A DNA stretch of 64,000 bases, taken from contig OZ240215.1 in the NCBI GenBank assembly GCA_965197585.1, positions 3,104,001 through 3,168,000 on the forward strand, in the 5' to 3' direction. This document shows, in pieces, positions 32,033 through 41,867 of the stretch. The notes under the pieces are model-generated. The model ran no database searches, was not told the origin of the DNA, and saw only the letters and a list, made by a program, of their open reading frames with translations. Source of the stretch: Dehalococcoidia bacterium (lineage in GTDB: Bacteria > Chloroflexota > Dehalococcoidia > Plut-88900). How positions within the stretch are numbered: position 1 is the first letter of the stretch; each line of letters opens with the position of its first letter. The translations under genes were made by a program, and so were the position numbers.

Positions 32033-33340
32033 ATGGCCATTCCCCACACCCTGCAATGGGAGATCGACCGGATTCCCCGCAACCGTAAGGTAACTCACGG
32101 GCAGGGTGTCAAAGGATACGCCGTGGATGGCCTCGAGCCGGAGGCGGTCGTCTTTCCCAACACCCTTGAGGAGATGAGCAGTCTCCTATCGGCGGCGAAT
32201 CGGGATGGGAAGGCGGTCGTGCCCTGGGGCGGGGGCACGGCGATGGGGCTGGGTAACCGGGCACTTGGCTGCGATCTCGTTATCAACACCTCAAGGCTGA
32301 ACCGGGTCCTGGATTACGAGCCCTCAGACCTCACGGCGGTAGTAGAAGCGGGGATAACCCTTGCGTCTTTGCAGGAAGAGTTGGGGGAAAATGGCCAGTT
32401 GTTGCCCCTCGACCCGCCCCTGCCGAACAGAGCGACCATCGGAGGAATCCTTTCTGCCAATTCCAGTGGTCCGATTAGGGCACAATTCGGCGCGATCAGG
32501 GACAGGCTGATCGGCATAAAAGTCGTGAACCCGAACGGCGACGTGACCAAGGGCGGCGGCAAGGTGGTCAAGAACGTCTCGGGGTACGACATGAACAAGC
32601 TGTACACCGGGGCGTTGGGCACTCTCGGCATCATCGTGGAGGCGGCTTTCAAGCTGGCCCCGCTGTTCAAGGAAACCTGCACCCAAGTCGTTACGTGCAA
32701 GACCCCCCTGGAGGCCGGAGCCTTTGTGAAAGGTCTGCGCGAAGCCGGTGTAACCCCCGTGGCCCTTCAGCTAATCGGTGGGGAGGGGGTGGGGGTCTCG
32801 GACGGATACTCGGTGGTGCTGCAGATAGGCGGGATGAGGGAGGCGGTTGAGCGACAGGCCCGGAGCGTCGTCGAGCTATGCGATTCGAACGGCTGGGGAG
32901 TGACCCGGAAGGACGCCGAGGGGGCAGCAGAAGTGTGGCAAAGAGTGCGGGATGCGGGCCGACGACCCGATTCCCCCGCCACAATGATCATCAAGGCCAC
33001 CTGCCTGCCATCCGACGCCGTAACCCTGGTGGGCCGCATTCAACGCATTTCCCGCGAGGACTGGGCCGTTTCCTGTAACATGTTCAACGGAGTCGTTTAC
33101 GGGTACTGGTGGGACGAGGGCGTCTCTATTGATGACCTGGAGACCCGGGTGAAGAGAGTGCGGGAGATAACCGGGGTGCTGAACGGCCATTGCGTGATAG
33201 AGGTCTGCCCCGCACAATTGAAGGAACGTATCGACGTGTGGGGACTGGACGGTCCCGAGGTTGGCCTGATGAAGCGGATCAAAGAGCAGTTTGACCCGAA
33301 TGGGACCCTGAACCCTGGCAGGTTCGTGAAGGGAATATAG
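32033..33340 (+). CDS. glcE: glycolate oxidase FAD subunit GlcE-like
   Basis: DYEP.DLT, GGKVVKNVSGYD and FDP.G.LNPGR motifs. Confidence 0.88.
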   Translation: MAIPHTLQWEIDRIPRNRKVTHGQGVKGYAVDGLEPEAVVFPNTLEEMSSLLSAANRDGKAVVPWGGGTAMGLGNRALGCDLVINTSRLNRVLDYEPSDLTAVVEAGITLASLQEELGENGQLLPLDPPLPNRATIGGILSANSSGPIRAQFGAIRDRLIGIKVVNPNGDVTKGGGKVVKNVSGYDMNKLYTGALGTLGIIVEAAFKLAPLFKETCTQVVTCKTPLEAGAFVKGLREAGVTPVALQLIGGEGVGVSDGYSVVLQIGGMREAVERQARSVVELCDSNGWGVTRKDAEGAAEVWQRVRDAGRRPDSPATMIIKATCLPSDAVTLVGRIQRISREDWAVSCNMFNGVVYGYWWDEGVSIDDLETRVKRVREITGVLNGHCVIEVCPAQLKERIDVWGLDGPEVGLMKRIKEQFDPNGTLNPGRFVKGI

Positions 33341-33344
33341 GACT

Positions 33345-34667
33345 TTGGTGAGGGCAGATCAATCGGTAATTGACCTCCTTGACCTGTCGGTCGGCGGAGT
33401 AACGGCGGAGGAGCTTTACCGCTGCGTTCACTGCGGCCTGTGCCTGAACCAATGCCCCACTTACCTCGAGCTCGGCCTGGAAACGGAGTCGCCAAGGGGC
33501 AGGCTTGCCCTTATGAAAGCAGTGGCGGAGGGTCGATTCGGGTACACGGACAAGCTGGTGGAGCACATGGACTTATGCCTGCTGTGCCGCGCCTGCGAGG
33601 CCGCGTGCCCTTCCGGGGTGCCCTTCGGGAGCCTGATGACCGAGACCCGGGCCCGAATCCAGGAACAGACCCCCCAGCCCTTCATCGAAAGAACTGTAAA
33701 GAACTTCGTCTTCAGGCAAATGTTTCCTCATAAGCGCAGACTCGGCTTGGCCTTTCAGATGCTGGCGCTCTATCAGGCATCGGGAGTGCAATGGCTGGTA
33801 CGGAAATCACGGATACTGTCGCTGCTGCCCTCCCGCCTCTCACAGATGGAATCTATGATGCCGAAGCTGGCCTTAAGTCCGTATCCCCGTGGACGAGCGA
33901 AGAGCGTGCCCGCCGAAGGAGAACAGAAGCAAAGAGTTGCGCTGTTCTCTGGGTGCATAATGCCCCTGGTGTTCGGGCCCGTGAACCGGGCCACGGTGAA
34001 CGTTCTCTCCAAAAACGGGTGTATGGTCGACATACCGGGTGCTCAGGGCTGCTGCGGCGCTTTGAACGTACATAGCGGCGAGCGGAAGGCGGCGCGGGAG
34101 ATGGCCCGAAAGAACATCGACGCCTTTGAAAGCGCCGACACCGTAGTCGTCAATGCAGCGGGGTGCGGGGCCATGCTGAAGGAGTACGATGAGCTCCTGG
34201 AGCACGATGCTCGGTACTACGAGAAAGCCAGGGCCTTTACATCAAAGGTCAAGGACGTCAACGAGTTCCTTGCCGCCCTCCCCCTCGTCCCCCCCAAGAC
34301 GGGTTTCAAGAAGCGGGTCACCTACCAGGACTCGTGCCATCTGGTCCACGCTCAGAGAATAAAGGAGGCGCCGCGCAAGCTGCTGTCTTCGATTCCCGGC
34401 GTGGAGTTTGCTGAGATGCGCAACTCCGACAAGTGCTGCGGAGCGGCGGGCATCTACAACATCGTCAACCCGGATCTCTCCATGCAGATTCTGGACAGCA
34501 AGATGCGGGATGTGATGGAAGTAGACGCTGACTTCGTTACCACGGCAAACCCCGGTTGCATGTTGCAGCTTGACCTGGGGTTGCGAAAGAACGGCCAGAC
34601 GACGCGGTCTTACCACGTGGTTGAACTTCTGGACCAGGCTTACCGGCAGGAAGAGAAGTCGGGCTAG
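33345..34667 (+). CDS. glcF: glycolate oxidase Fe-S subunit GlcF-like
   Basis: CVHCGLC...CPT, CLLCRACE.ACPSGV, CCG domains and NPGC. Confidence 0.9.
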   Translation: MVRADQSVIDLLDLSVGGVTAEELYRCVHCGLCLNQCPTYLELGLETESPRGRLALMKAVAEGRFGYTDKLVEHMDLCLLCRACEAACPSGVPFGSLMTETRARIQEQTPQPFIERTVKNFVFRQMFPHKRRLGLAFQMLALYQASGVQWLVRKSRILSLLPSRLSQMESMMPKLALSPYPRGRAKSVPAEGEQKQRVALFSGCIMPLVFGPVNRATVNVLSKNGCMVDIPGAQGCCGALNVHSGERKAAREMARKNIDAFESADTVVVNAAGCGAMLKEYDELLEHDARYYEKARAFTSKVKDVNEFLAALPLVPPKTGFKKRVTYQDSCHLVHAQRIKEAPRKLLSSIPGVEFAEMRNSDKCCGAAGIYNIVNPDLSMQILDSKMRDVMEVDADFVTTANPGCMLQLDLGLRKNGQTTRSYHVVELLDQAYRQEEKSG

Positions 34668-35833
34668 GACGCCCCAGCGTACACCCGACTCGCCGCCCCC
34701 ACTCCTGCCGAGGCCGCAACCTCGTAGCCCAAGCCGTTTAGCACCCGTCCCAGGGCCGAGAGTACTAAGAGCACGTTCGTTTCCTGCGACGAATAACCCA
34801 TCAGCCCGACCCTTACCACTTTCCCCGCGAACGGCCCGAGTCCGCCCCCTGTCTCAATGTTGTGTTCCTTCAGCAGGGCCATGCGCACGGCGTTGGCGTC
34901 CACCCCATCGGGCATGCGGATGCCGTTCACGGTGTTGGAGTGCACTTCTTCGTCGGCCACTATGGAGAGGCCCATTGCATCAACCCCGGCTCGGAGGGCG
35001 TCGGCGTTCAACTGGTGCCGGGCAAAGCTGTTGTCCAGACCTTCTTCAACGAGGATTCGGAGGGACTCGCGTAGGGCATAAATCATCGATACCGGCGCGG
35101 TGTGATGGTATTTCCGACCGCTGATCCAGTATTCGTCCAGCATGGACAGGTCAAGATACCAGCTTCTGCAAGGAGTCTTGCGAGACTTCATGGCTTCGAC
35201 AGCGCGGGCGCTCATGGTGATGGGCGCGAGCCCCGGCGGGCAGCTGAGAGACTTCTGGCTGCCGCTGTAGCAGATGTCGATTCCCAGTTCGTCGACCGGG
35301 AGGCGCTGTCCGCCTAGGGAGGCTACGCTGTCGACTAGGAACATGGCCCCGTGGGCCCGAGCCAACTGCCCGATCTCCTCCAGTGGCTGCAATACGCCCG
35401 TGGACGTTTCGCAATGTACTAGCGCCACGACCTTCGTGTCGGGGTTGGCAGACAAGGCCTCTTCGACGGCAGCGGCCGAGACGGCCTTACCCCACTCAGC
35501 CTCGACGGGGACTACATTGGCTTCGCAGCGCTGCGCGATCTCGACGATTCGGGAAGCAAAGAACCCTGCCACCCCCACCACCACGGTATCGCCCGGCTCT
35601 AGCGAGTTATATAAGGCGGCTTCCATCCCGGCAGACCCGGTACCCGATATGGGAAGCGTCAGGCCGTTTCCCGTCTGGAAGACTTCCCGCAGAAGCTCTA
35701 CGGTTTCGTCCATGATCGCCCAGAAGTCGGGGTCCATGTGTGAGAGCACGGGCCCCGACATCGCGGAGTAGACGCGGGGATGTACGTTGCTTGGGCCGGG
35801 GCCGAGGAGGGTCTTGGGAGTCGGTTCGGTCAT
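34664..35833 (-). CDS. alanine-glyoxylate / serine-pyruvate aminotransferase (class V PLP)
   Basis: LLGPGPS, SGTGSAGME, HCETSTG, SGSQK.LS.PPG and YHHT motifs. Confidence 0.92.
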   Translation of the reverse strand: MTEPTPKTLLGPGPSNVHPRVYSAMSGPVLSHMDPDFWAIMDETVELLREVFQTGNGLTLPISGTGSAGMEAALYNSLEPGDTVVVGVAGFFASRIVEIAQRCEANVVPVEAEWGKAVSAAAVEEALSANPDTKVVALVHCETSTGVLQPLEEIGQLARAHGAMFLVDSVASLGGQRLPVDELGIDICYSGSQKSLSCPPGLAPITMSARAVEAMKSRKTPCRSWYLDLSMLDEYWISGRKYHHTAPVSMIYALRESLRILVEEGLDNSFARHQLNADALRAGVDAMGLSIVADEEVHSNTVNGIRMPDGVDANAVRMALLKEHNIETGGGLGPFAGKVVRVGLMGYSSQETNVLLVLSALGRVLNGLGYEVAASAGVGAASRVYAGAS

Positions 35834-36046
35834 GATGGTGTCCTTCTATGGCGAGATATGCGCCCGTAGTGTAGCGGTGGCTAATGGGAGCGTCAATTTC
35901 GTCCTGCAAAGACATATGGAATTGCGCTATGCTAGTGTCATTAAGTCCTTAGGACATTTGGTGTTATCTGATACGGGGTGCTTAAGTGAGATCCAATCAA
36001 TGCCAAGGACCCAGATGACATCTGAATGTGATGGGATGGAGGTAGC

Positions 36047-36748
36047 ATGTCCCAAGTGACTGATGCCGATAATACTTTCAACAGCTGGCGTACTGAATCA
36101 ATGTACAGCTTTGCTGAAGCTGCGCGCTTGGCAAACGTCTCCGTGACCACGGTCAAGAACTGGCTATTCGGATACACAGTTCAAGGCCGAGCAGTTCCTC
36201 CGCTGTTTTCGTCTAGTCAAAACGGTATGGTCTCTTTTCTCCAGATGATTGAAATAATGGTGGCAGGACGGTTTCGTAAGAGTGTACTGGGAAAACCAAT
36301 ACCGTTCAGCAAGGTGCGTGAGGCATATGTTAACGCACAGGAGTCATGGGATTTGGAGTACCCGTTCGCTCACTTGAAACTGGAAGCGCTAGGCGGTCAC
36401 ATTGTTCATTTCTTGAAAGAAGGGGGGCTTGTTGGAAGCTATCGAGCCCTGGATACCGTAGACCAATGGACATTGCCGGGGCTGCTCAGGCGCGAAACGA
36501 CTGATCAAATTGAGTATCAGAACGACTTGGCGGCCCGTTGGTTCCCAATTGGCAAGCAGGTACCAATTGTCGTTGACCCTAGGGTAAGCACGGGACTCCC
36601 GGTTATTGAGGGGCGCGGAGTGACAGTGCAGGCAATCCGCAAGCGATTCAAATCTGGGTTGCGGATTGATTTCATCGCGAAGGACTTCGATCTCAACCCT
36701 GACCTCGTTGAGACTGCCCTACAATACTGCGAGATGGTCGCTGCTTGA
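36047..36748 (+). CDS. HTH plus DUF433 antitoxin-like protein (VapB45-like)
   Basis: YSFAEAARL HTH; C-terminal VDPRVSTG.PVI.G.GV...IA.DFDL. Confidence 0.8.
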   Translation: MSQVTDADNTFNSWRTESMYSFAEAARLANVSVTTVKNWLFGYTVQGRAVPPLFSSSQNGMVSFLQMIEIMVAGRFRKSVLGKPIPFSKVREAYVNAQESWDLEYPFAHLKLEALGGHIVHFLKEGGLVGSYRALDTVDQWTLPGLLRRETTDQIEYQNDLAARWFPIGKQVPIVVDPRVSTGLPVIEGRGVTVQAIRKRFKSGLRIDFIAKDFDLNPDLVETALQYCEMVAA

Positions 36749-37134
36749 TCCTGCTCTGCGACGAAGATATAGGAACTGGCGTTCCGCGTGCCCTCACCGC
36801 AGTTGGATACGATGCTCGTTCTCTAATGGGCATGTCGTGGGGAGGGCGTCCAGATCAATTCTGGCTCACGAAAGCAGGTCAACTAGAGTGGCTCGTTCTT
36901 AGTTGCAATAAGAAGATGCTCAAGGTGGCGGAAGAGAAAGACACCCTTATCCGGGAACATGTTGGGATTGTGTTTTTGACTTCTGGAGAAGAGCATCCGC
37001 CGACAGTCCTCTTACAACTACTAAAGAAGTGGTCAGATCTAGAGTTGCTCTGGAACACTACTACTAGGCCATTTGCTCGTTTTCTCTCTCCAAACAACCG
37101 TCTTTCGGACAGATTTCGGGACTTTCGCTTGTAA
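36745..37134 (+). CDS. PIN-like toxin (DUF5615/VapC45-like)
   Basis: LLCDEDI...PD..WL..AG...W.VLS; overlaps the antitoxin stop by 4 nt. Confidence 0.75.
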   Translation: MILLCDEDIGTGVPRALTAVGYDARSLMGMSWGGRPDQFWLTKAGQLEWLVLSCNKKMLKVAEEKDTLIREHVGIVFLTSGEEHPPTVLLQLLKKWSDLELLWNTTTRPFARFLSPNNRLSDRFRDFRL

Positions 37135-37200
37135 ACATAGGGTGTGTAGACTGCACCCGTACGAGTTGCTTAGACGGTTTTTGTTCGAAGCCTAGGCAAA

Positions 37201-37854
37201 TTACCCTAACAACGAGAAATCGAAGTCCGACAGAGACTCGATCCTTCTGTCGGCCAGCGAGAGGTCCAGGTCCCGAGTCAGGTCGGTGAGCACCGCCACC
37301 ACCGTCATCCCTGCCGCCTTCCCAGCCTGAATCCCGTGGGGCGAGTCCTCGAACACAAGACACCGCGAAGGCTCAGCCCTGAGCTCGCCCGCCGCCTTGA
37401 GAAAAATCTCGGGGGCGGGCTTTCCGTTGGTAACCATGTCGCCCGAGACTACGACGCTGAACCTGTCCTTGACGTCGAGAGTCGTCAGCACGGCGTCGAC
37501 CCAGTTGGCCTGGGATGAAGAGGCGAGACCTATGGGAAGGCCGCGGGTCTTGAGGGAGTCGAGGAGGTCATAGAGCCCCGGAGACGGCTCGACGTTTTCT
37601 TTGAGGTTCTTCAGGATTATCCGGTCATATACGCCAATCCATTCTTCAAGTTCCCCGTCGAGCCCGAAGCGGTCCTTGAGCCACTGCCAGGTGTGCGTGA
37701 CCGTGGTGCCCAGGATGATGCGGTTGTCCTCGTCGGTCAGGGAGTGCCCGTGTGCCTGCAGCACCTGGTTCATGGAGAGGTGATAGAGGGGCTCGCTGTC
37801 TGCCAGTACGCCGTCCATGTCGAATATGACGGCCTCGATGGTTTGGGTCGGCAT
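37201..37854 (-). CDS. HAD family phosphatase
   Basis: FDMDGVL.DSE, ASSS, KPAPEIF and EDS..G motifs. Confidence 0.92.
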   Translation of the reverse strand: MPTQTIEAVIFDMDGVLADSEPLYHLSMNQVLQAHGHSLTDEDNRIILGTTVTHTWQWLKDRFGLDGELEEWIGVYDRIILKNLKENVEPSPGLYDLLDSLKTRGLPIGLASSSQANWVDAVLTTLDVKDRFSVVVSGDMVTNGKPAPEIFLKAAGELRAEPSRCLVFEDSPHGIQAGKAAGMTVVAVLTDLTRDLDLSLADRRIESLSDFDFSLLG

Positions 37855-37968
37855 GGCGGCTTATTCTATCACTTGGCGCAGGCCCCGTGGCTCGATTGAC
37901 AGCCCAAATCCGACTCTCTAATGTAGTCGTCAGCCCATCCAAGAAAGTCCGGACCCTCTACTACATCA

Positions 37969-38805
37969 ATGTTTCCCATATCAGACCGCGATCACCCCCG
38001 ACACGGCATCCCCGTAGTAAACGTGGCCATCATGGCCGTGTGCATCCTCGTCTTCCTTTATCAAATCCTGTTGCTGGACGACTTCGGGCTGTCTCGTTTC
38101 TACAACAACTATGGCGTTCTTCCATACGAGCTCACGGGACATGGAGACTTGGGGCAGCAGGTGACGGCGCTGTTGGAGGAGGGGGACCGGTCGGTGCTGG
38201 ACGTGGAGGGAGTGTCGGGGACGTTGGCCCGGCACGCGTTGAGGGTCGGTAATGACGGTACGGTGCAGTTCACGGACATTCGCAACGTCTACGATGGCGG
38301 CCCCGGCCCCTGGGCAACCCTTTTCACCTCCATGTTCATGCACGGCGGCTGGATGCACCTTATAGGGAACATGCTCTTCCTCTGGGTGTTTGGAAACAAC
38401 CTGGAGGTCCGGATGGGCCGCGTTAAGTTCCTGGCTTTCTATCTGATAGCGGGGCTGTTTGCATCGGCGGCGCAGGTTGCCATAGACATGGACTCCGCAA
38501 TCCCGACCATCGGGGCCAGCGGAGCGATCGCGGGCGTGTTGGGTGGCTATCTTGTCCTCTTCCCCCACTCCCGAATACAAACGGTGGTCTTCATGATTCT
38601 GATTTCCGTAATAGCGATCCCCGCTTGGATGCTCATTGGGATATGGGTGATCATCCAGTTCTTCAGTGGGTTCATCTCCCTGGGCGGCGAGTTCTCGCAG
38701 GGAGTGGCCTACTGGGCGCACATCGGCGGGTTCGTCGCGGGATTCCTGATACTCACGGGTATGGCGGGAGTCTCGCGGACCAGGGGCTTGTTTACACGGA
38801 TGTGA
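37969..38805 (+). CDS. rhomboid intramembrane serine protease
   Basis: FMHGG.MHL.GNM, GASG and AYWAHIGG motifs. Confidence 0.93.
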   Translation: MFPISDRDHPRHGIPVVNVAIMAVCILVFLYQILLLDDFGLSRFYNNYGVLPYELTGHGDLGQQVTALLEEGDRSVLDVEGVSGTLARHALRVGNDGTVQFTDIRNVYDGGPGPWATLFTSMFMHGGWMHLIGNMLFLWVFGNNLEVRMGRVKFLAFYLIAGLFASAAQVAIDMDSAIPTIGASGAIAGVLGGYLVLFPHSRIQTVVFMILISVIAIPAWMLIGIWVIIQFFSGFISLGGEFSQGVAYWAHIGGFVAGFLILTGMAGVSRTRGLFTRM

Positions 38806-38940
38806 GGGGACATCGAGATGCTGGCCGGGCAGTGGTTCTTTCCCAGGATCGGCATCTTAGCATCGTTTCCCTTTTGATACTTAGTTGCTAATATGTGGTT
38901 GCTCGTCCAGCCGTTTTGTATTGATCGGAGATGCCGGAAC

Positions 38941-41133
38941 GTGAGATTTGTTGAAACCGCTTTAACCCTTTTGACGATTGCGATACTCATTGGTTGCGGT
39001 GGCACGGCCCCGACCCCCCCACCCGCCACCTCCCCACCCCCGACTGCCACCATAACACCCGTGACCGAAGCTACGATTCGACCCGCGCCCAGCGCGACAC
39101 CTGCTCCTTCCGCTACACCCATACCTGCTCCTACCCCCGAACCCGTGCCCACTTCTACTCCCGCACCCACTTCCACCCCCACCCCTGTGCCAACCCCTAC
39201 GCCATCCCCAACACCCACCCCTTCTCCTACACCAACGCCAACACCCACTCCAACTCCAACGCCGACACCTACGCCCACTCCTACCCCTACCCCGACTCAG
39301 TTCTCTGAGGCGGTCTGGAATGAATTTATAAATGCCCGCTGGCTTGACCAGAACAGACCTGCCCTGGCAAGACAGATCAAGTCATTCCCTTGGGTGGTAG
39401 ACGGTCTTAATTCTACGGAATCGGAAGGGCTCCAGTACTTGCTTTATGCAGCGGCGGCAGATCCTTCCGTAGTGTCATCCCTCGTGAATATGCAATGGAT
39501 ACAGGACGGCGTCAATGAAATAGAGCGTCGAGCGCTTGATGAGCTGCGATACTTCAACTTTAGCGACCTAAGGCTCATATCCTCGGTTGTTGCCTTTGCC
39601 TGGGTGCAGGACGGTATTGAACCCGTTGAAGCTGATGTGATCGATTGGCTAAACGGATTTGGCAGTGGTGATCTTGCACTATCAATTGTCGGACTTGAGT
39701 GGGTGCGAGACGGCATTGAACCCATAGAAGCTGGTGTAATTGACTCGCTGAGATCCTTTACCGATGCGGATGTGGCTTTCCGCATTTTATCCATGCCGTT
39801 CCTTGAAACCCTGGAGCCAGCCGATGCTTCGGCCATGCAATCCCTGGGCCAAATGCAGTCCCATCAAGCAGATAGCTTCCAGCGGGTCCTGTCCCACCCG
39901 ACACTCAGCAACGGCATCACCGATGAGTGGGCGCCGGTTGTCGCGACTCTGTACGGGGTCAGCACTACGAACCCGCAACTGATCGACACCCTCCTTGACC
40001 CCGGCAAGGTAGCCTTGGAGCAGCGTGTCATTGAGCTGCCCCTGGCTGGTAAGATCAGTCTCGCGATCATTCGCACGAGCCCGGGCTCCGAGCAAAGTTT
40101 AGACCTCTTGGAACAAGCCGTTCGCTACAACGAGGAATTTATGGCCGCATCCTTCCCCACCGGATATGTCGGCTGGCTCTTCGCCGATGCCGTAGGCGGT
40201 GGTTTTGGCGGGACCAATTTTGGGACCCATATTGCAAGTGTCTCCACGTACGATGTGTATGACGGCAGCGACAGTAACGAGGCCTATGGTGTCGGACAAC
40301 ACATAGCTCACGAAGTAGCCCACTACTATTGGCGCAGCCACAACTTTTGGGTGCACGAGGGAATTGCCGATTTCATGGGCAGTGTTTCCGAGAACGCCCG
40401 TACCGGCCGGCCGGTGGAGGCTAGACAGTCACCCTGTGGCTATGCCCGAACCATCGCTGAACTGGAGGCCTTGAGCATCACAAGTGAGGCCGGAGTGTAT
40501 AGCCCGTTTCTCTGCAATTACCAACTAGGCGAACGTCTATTCCTAGACCTATATCGGACTCTTGGCGAAGACGGCTTCCGGAAAGGGTTGAGAGAGCTCT
40601 ATCTTCTCTCCCAGGTAGGGAAGGGCACGAAACTTGGGATAGAACATGTCAGGACGGCTTTCAAGGGCCTTGGACAGGACTCCCTCGTCGATACAATAGT
40701 CGCCCGCTGGTACTACGGATCGGAACCGTATGCCCCTCGCGAGGCAACCACCCCACCCAACCCCAATTTCCTTACCATAGACGGGCGATTGGAAACAGCA
40801 TATCTGTCTGTAACCCGTGAAGGACCGTCCATCACCAGCGTCTCCGCCAAGGCCGCAAACGATTGGCTTTGGCTCTTGCTGCGTTGGAACCATAGTGTCG
40901 GCTCAGTCACTGAGGTGTCCCTAAAGATAGTTGGCTACTACGAGGACGGGTTTGAATTCGATCTGCAAACATTGACTCTAACCATGTACCCCTACGAGAA
41001 CAATAGACAATTGTCAGGATGGTATCAGACAGGACTTTCTCCAACTGCACCCTGGCGTGAAGGCCAATACCAGCTCCGCATCTACAACGAGAGCCGATTG
41101 CTCGCACAGTTGGAGTACGAAGTTACCGAATAG
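38941..41133 (+). CDS. lipoprotein with PT linker, helical repeats and a gluzincin-like metallopeptidase motif
   Basis: LIGC lipobox, (PT)n tract, HEVAH..W.HEG; GTG start assumed. Confidence 0.75.
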   Translation: MRFVETALTLLTIAILIGCGGTAPTPPPATSPPPTATITPVTEATIRPAPSATPAPSATPIPAPTPEPVPTSTPAPTSTPTPVPTPTPSPTPTPSPTPTPTPTPTPTPTPTPTPTPTPTQFSEAVWNEFINARWLDQNRPALARQIKSFPWVVDGLNSTESEGLQYLLYAAAADPSVVSSLVNMQWIQDGVNEIERRALDELRYFNFSDLRLISSVVAFAWVQDGIEPVEADVIDWLNGFGSGDLALSIVGLEWVRDGIEPIEAGVIDSLRSFTDADVAFRILSMPFLETLEPADASAMQSLGQMQSHQADSFQRVLSHPTLSNGITDEWAPVVATLYGVSTTNPQLIDTLLDPGKVALEQRVIELPLAGKISLAIIRTSPGSEQSLDLLEQAVRYNEEFMAASFPTGYVGWLFADAVGGGFGGTNFGTHIASVSTYDVYDGSDSNEAYGVGQHIAHEVAHYYWRSHNFWVHEGIADFMGSVSENARTGRPVEARQSPCGYARTIAELEALSITSEAGVYSPFLCNYQLGERLFLDLYRTLGEDGFRKGLRELYLLSQVGKGTKLGIEHVRTAFKGLGQDSLVDTIVARWYYGSEPYAPREATTPPNPNFLTIDGRLETAYLSVTREGPSITSVSAKAANDWLWLLLRWNHSVGSVTEVSLKIVGYYEDGFEFDLQTLTLTMYPYENNRQLSGWYQTGLSPTAPWREGQYQLRIYNESRLLAQLEYEVTE
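39010..39297 (+). repeat. Pro/Thr low-complexity coding repeat
   Basis: Degenerate ACNCCN hexamer array. Confidence 0.85.
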
Positions 41134-41175
41134 CTGCCTATCATCGGCGCTAGGGTAGAAGCCAAGGTCCTGAGA

Positions 41176-41221
41176 CCGACCCGCCTCCGGCTCCAGAAAC
41201 GGGGTGTCCGGGGCGGGAGCG
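41176..41221 (-). repeat. duplicated ftsH 3' end
   Basis: 40/46 identical to 41874-41919; encodes APAPDTPFLEPEAGR versus [15 protein letters not shown]. Confidence 0.85.
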
Positions 41222-41379
41222 TTTGACAGCGTGAAGGGGTTCAAGTACGTTTATTGCCAGTCCCCCCTTTCTCTCCGAGAGGGTCAGGCAGGACGTGTGC
41301 GACCAGTGTTTGAGAGTATGACAACTGCAAAATTATCAGAATCATTCACCTCCGAATCTTCAGTGCCGGGAGTTGCCCC

Positions 41380-41631
41380 GTGATAGCGAGAATACCGCTG
41401 GTACTGGAGCCTCAGCCCGAAGGAGGATACACAGTTACTTCTCCCCTGCTCCCGGAGCTTATTACTGAAGGCGAGACTATCCCGGAATGTTTAGCCAACG
41501 CAGAGGACGCCTTTGCGGTCGTTTTGGAGATCTACGAGGACGAGGGGCGCGCCTTGCCGCCGATTATTCAGGTGGACGAGACCAACGGCTCGCTATCCAT
41601 TGAGGCTGTCATAACCGTTCCCGCGCCGTGA
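41380..41631 (+). CDS. hicB: HicB family antitoxin
   Basis: EGGYTVT.P.LP..ITEGET..E...NA.DA. Confidence 0.88.
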   Translation: MIARIPLVLEPQPEGGYTVTSPLLPELITEGETIPECLANAEDAFAVVLEIYEDEGRALPPIIQVDETNGSLSIEAVITVPAP

Positions 41632-41840
41632 GATACCGGGAGGTCACCCGCAAGCTGTCGAGTCTGGGATGCCACGAAGTCCCGACTAGAAGCGGCGGTT
41701 CTCATAGAAGATGGTTCAACCCTGAAACACGAAAAAACGCCCCACTGCCGGACTGGGGAGGACGAGACCTGAAAATGGGAACACTGCGCTCAGCAATTAG
41801 GCAGTTGGGAATCGACTGGCGAGAGTTTCAGGATGCGTAG
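41628..41840 (+). CDS. hicA: HicA family toxin
   Basis: GGSH, P.....DLK.GTL...I.QLG. Confidence 0.88.
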   Translation: MRYREVTRKLSSLGCHEVPTRSGGSHRRWFNPETRKNAPLPDWGGRDLKMGTLRSAIRQLGIDWREFQDA

Positions 41841-41867
41841 AACAGAAACGGAGGGATGGGCGGACGC

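Noticed and set aside
39010-39297. Tandem repeat as a possible CRISPR or VNTR locus
   Set aside because: It is a degenerate Pro-Thr coding linker; no repeat-spacer array or cas gene was seen in the window.
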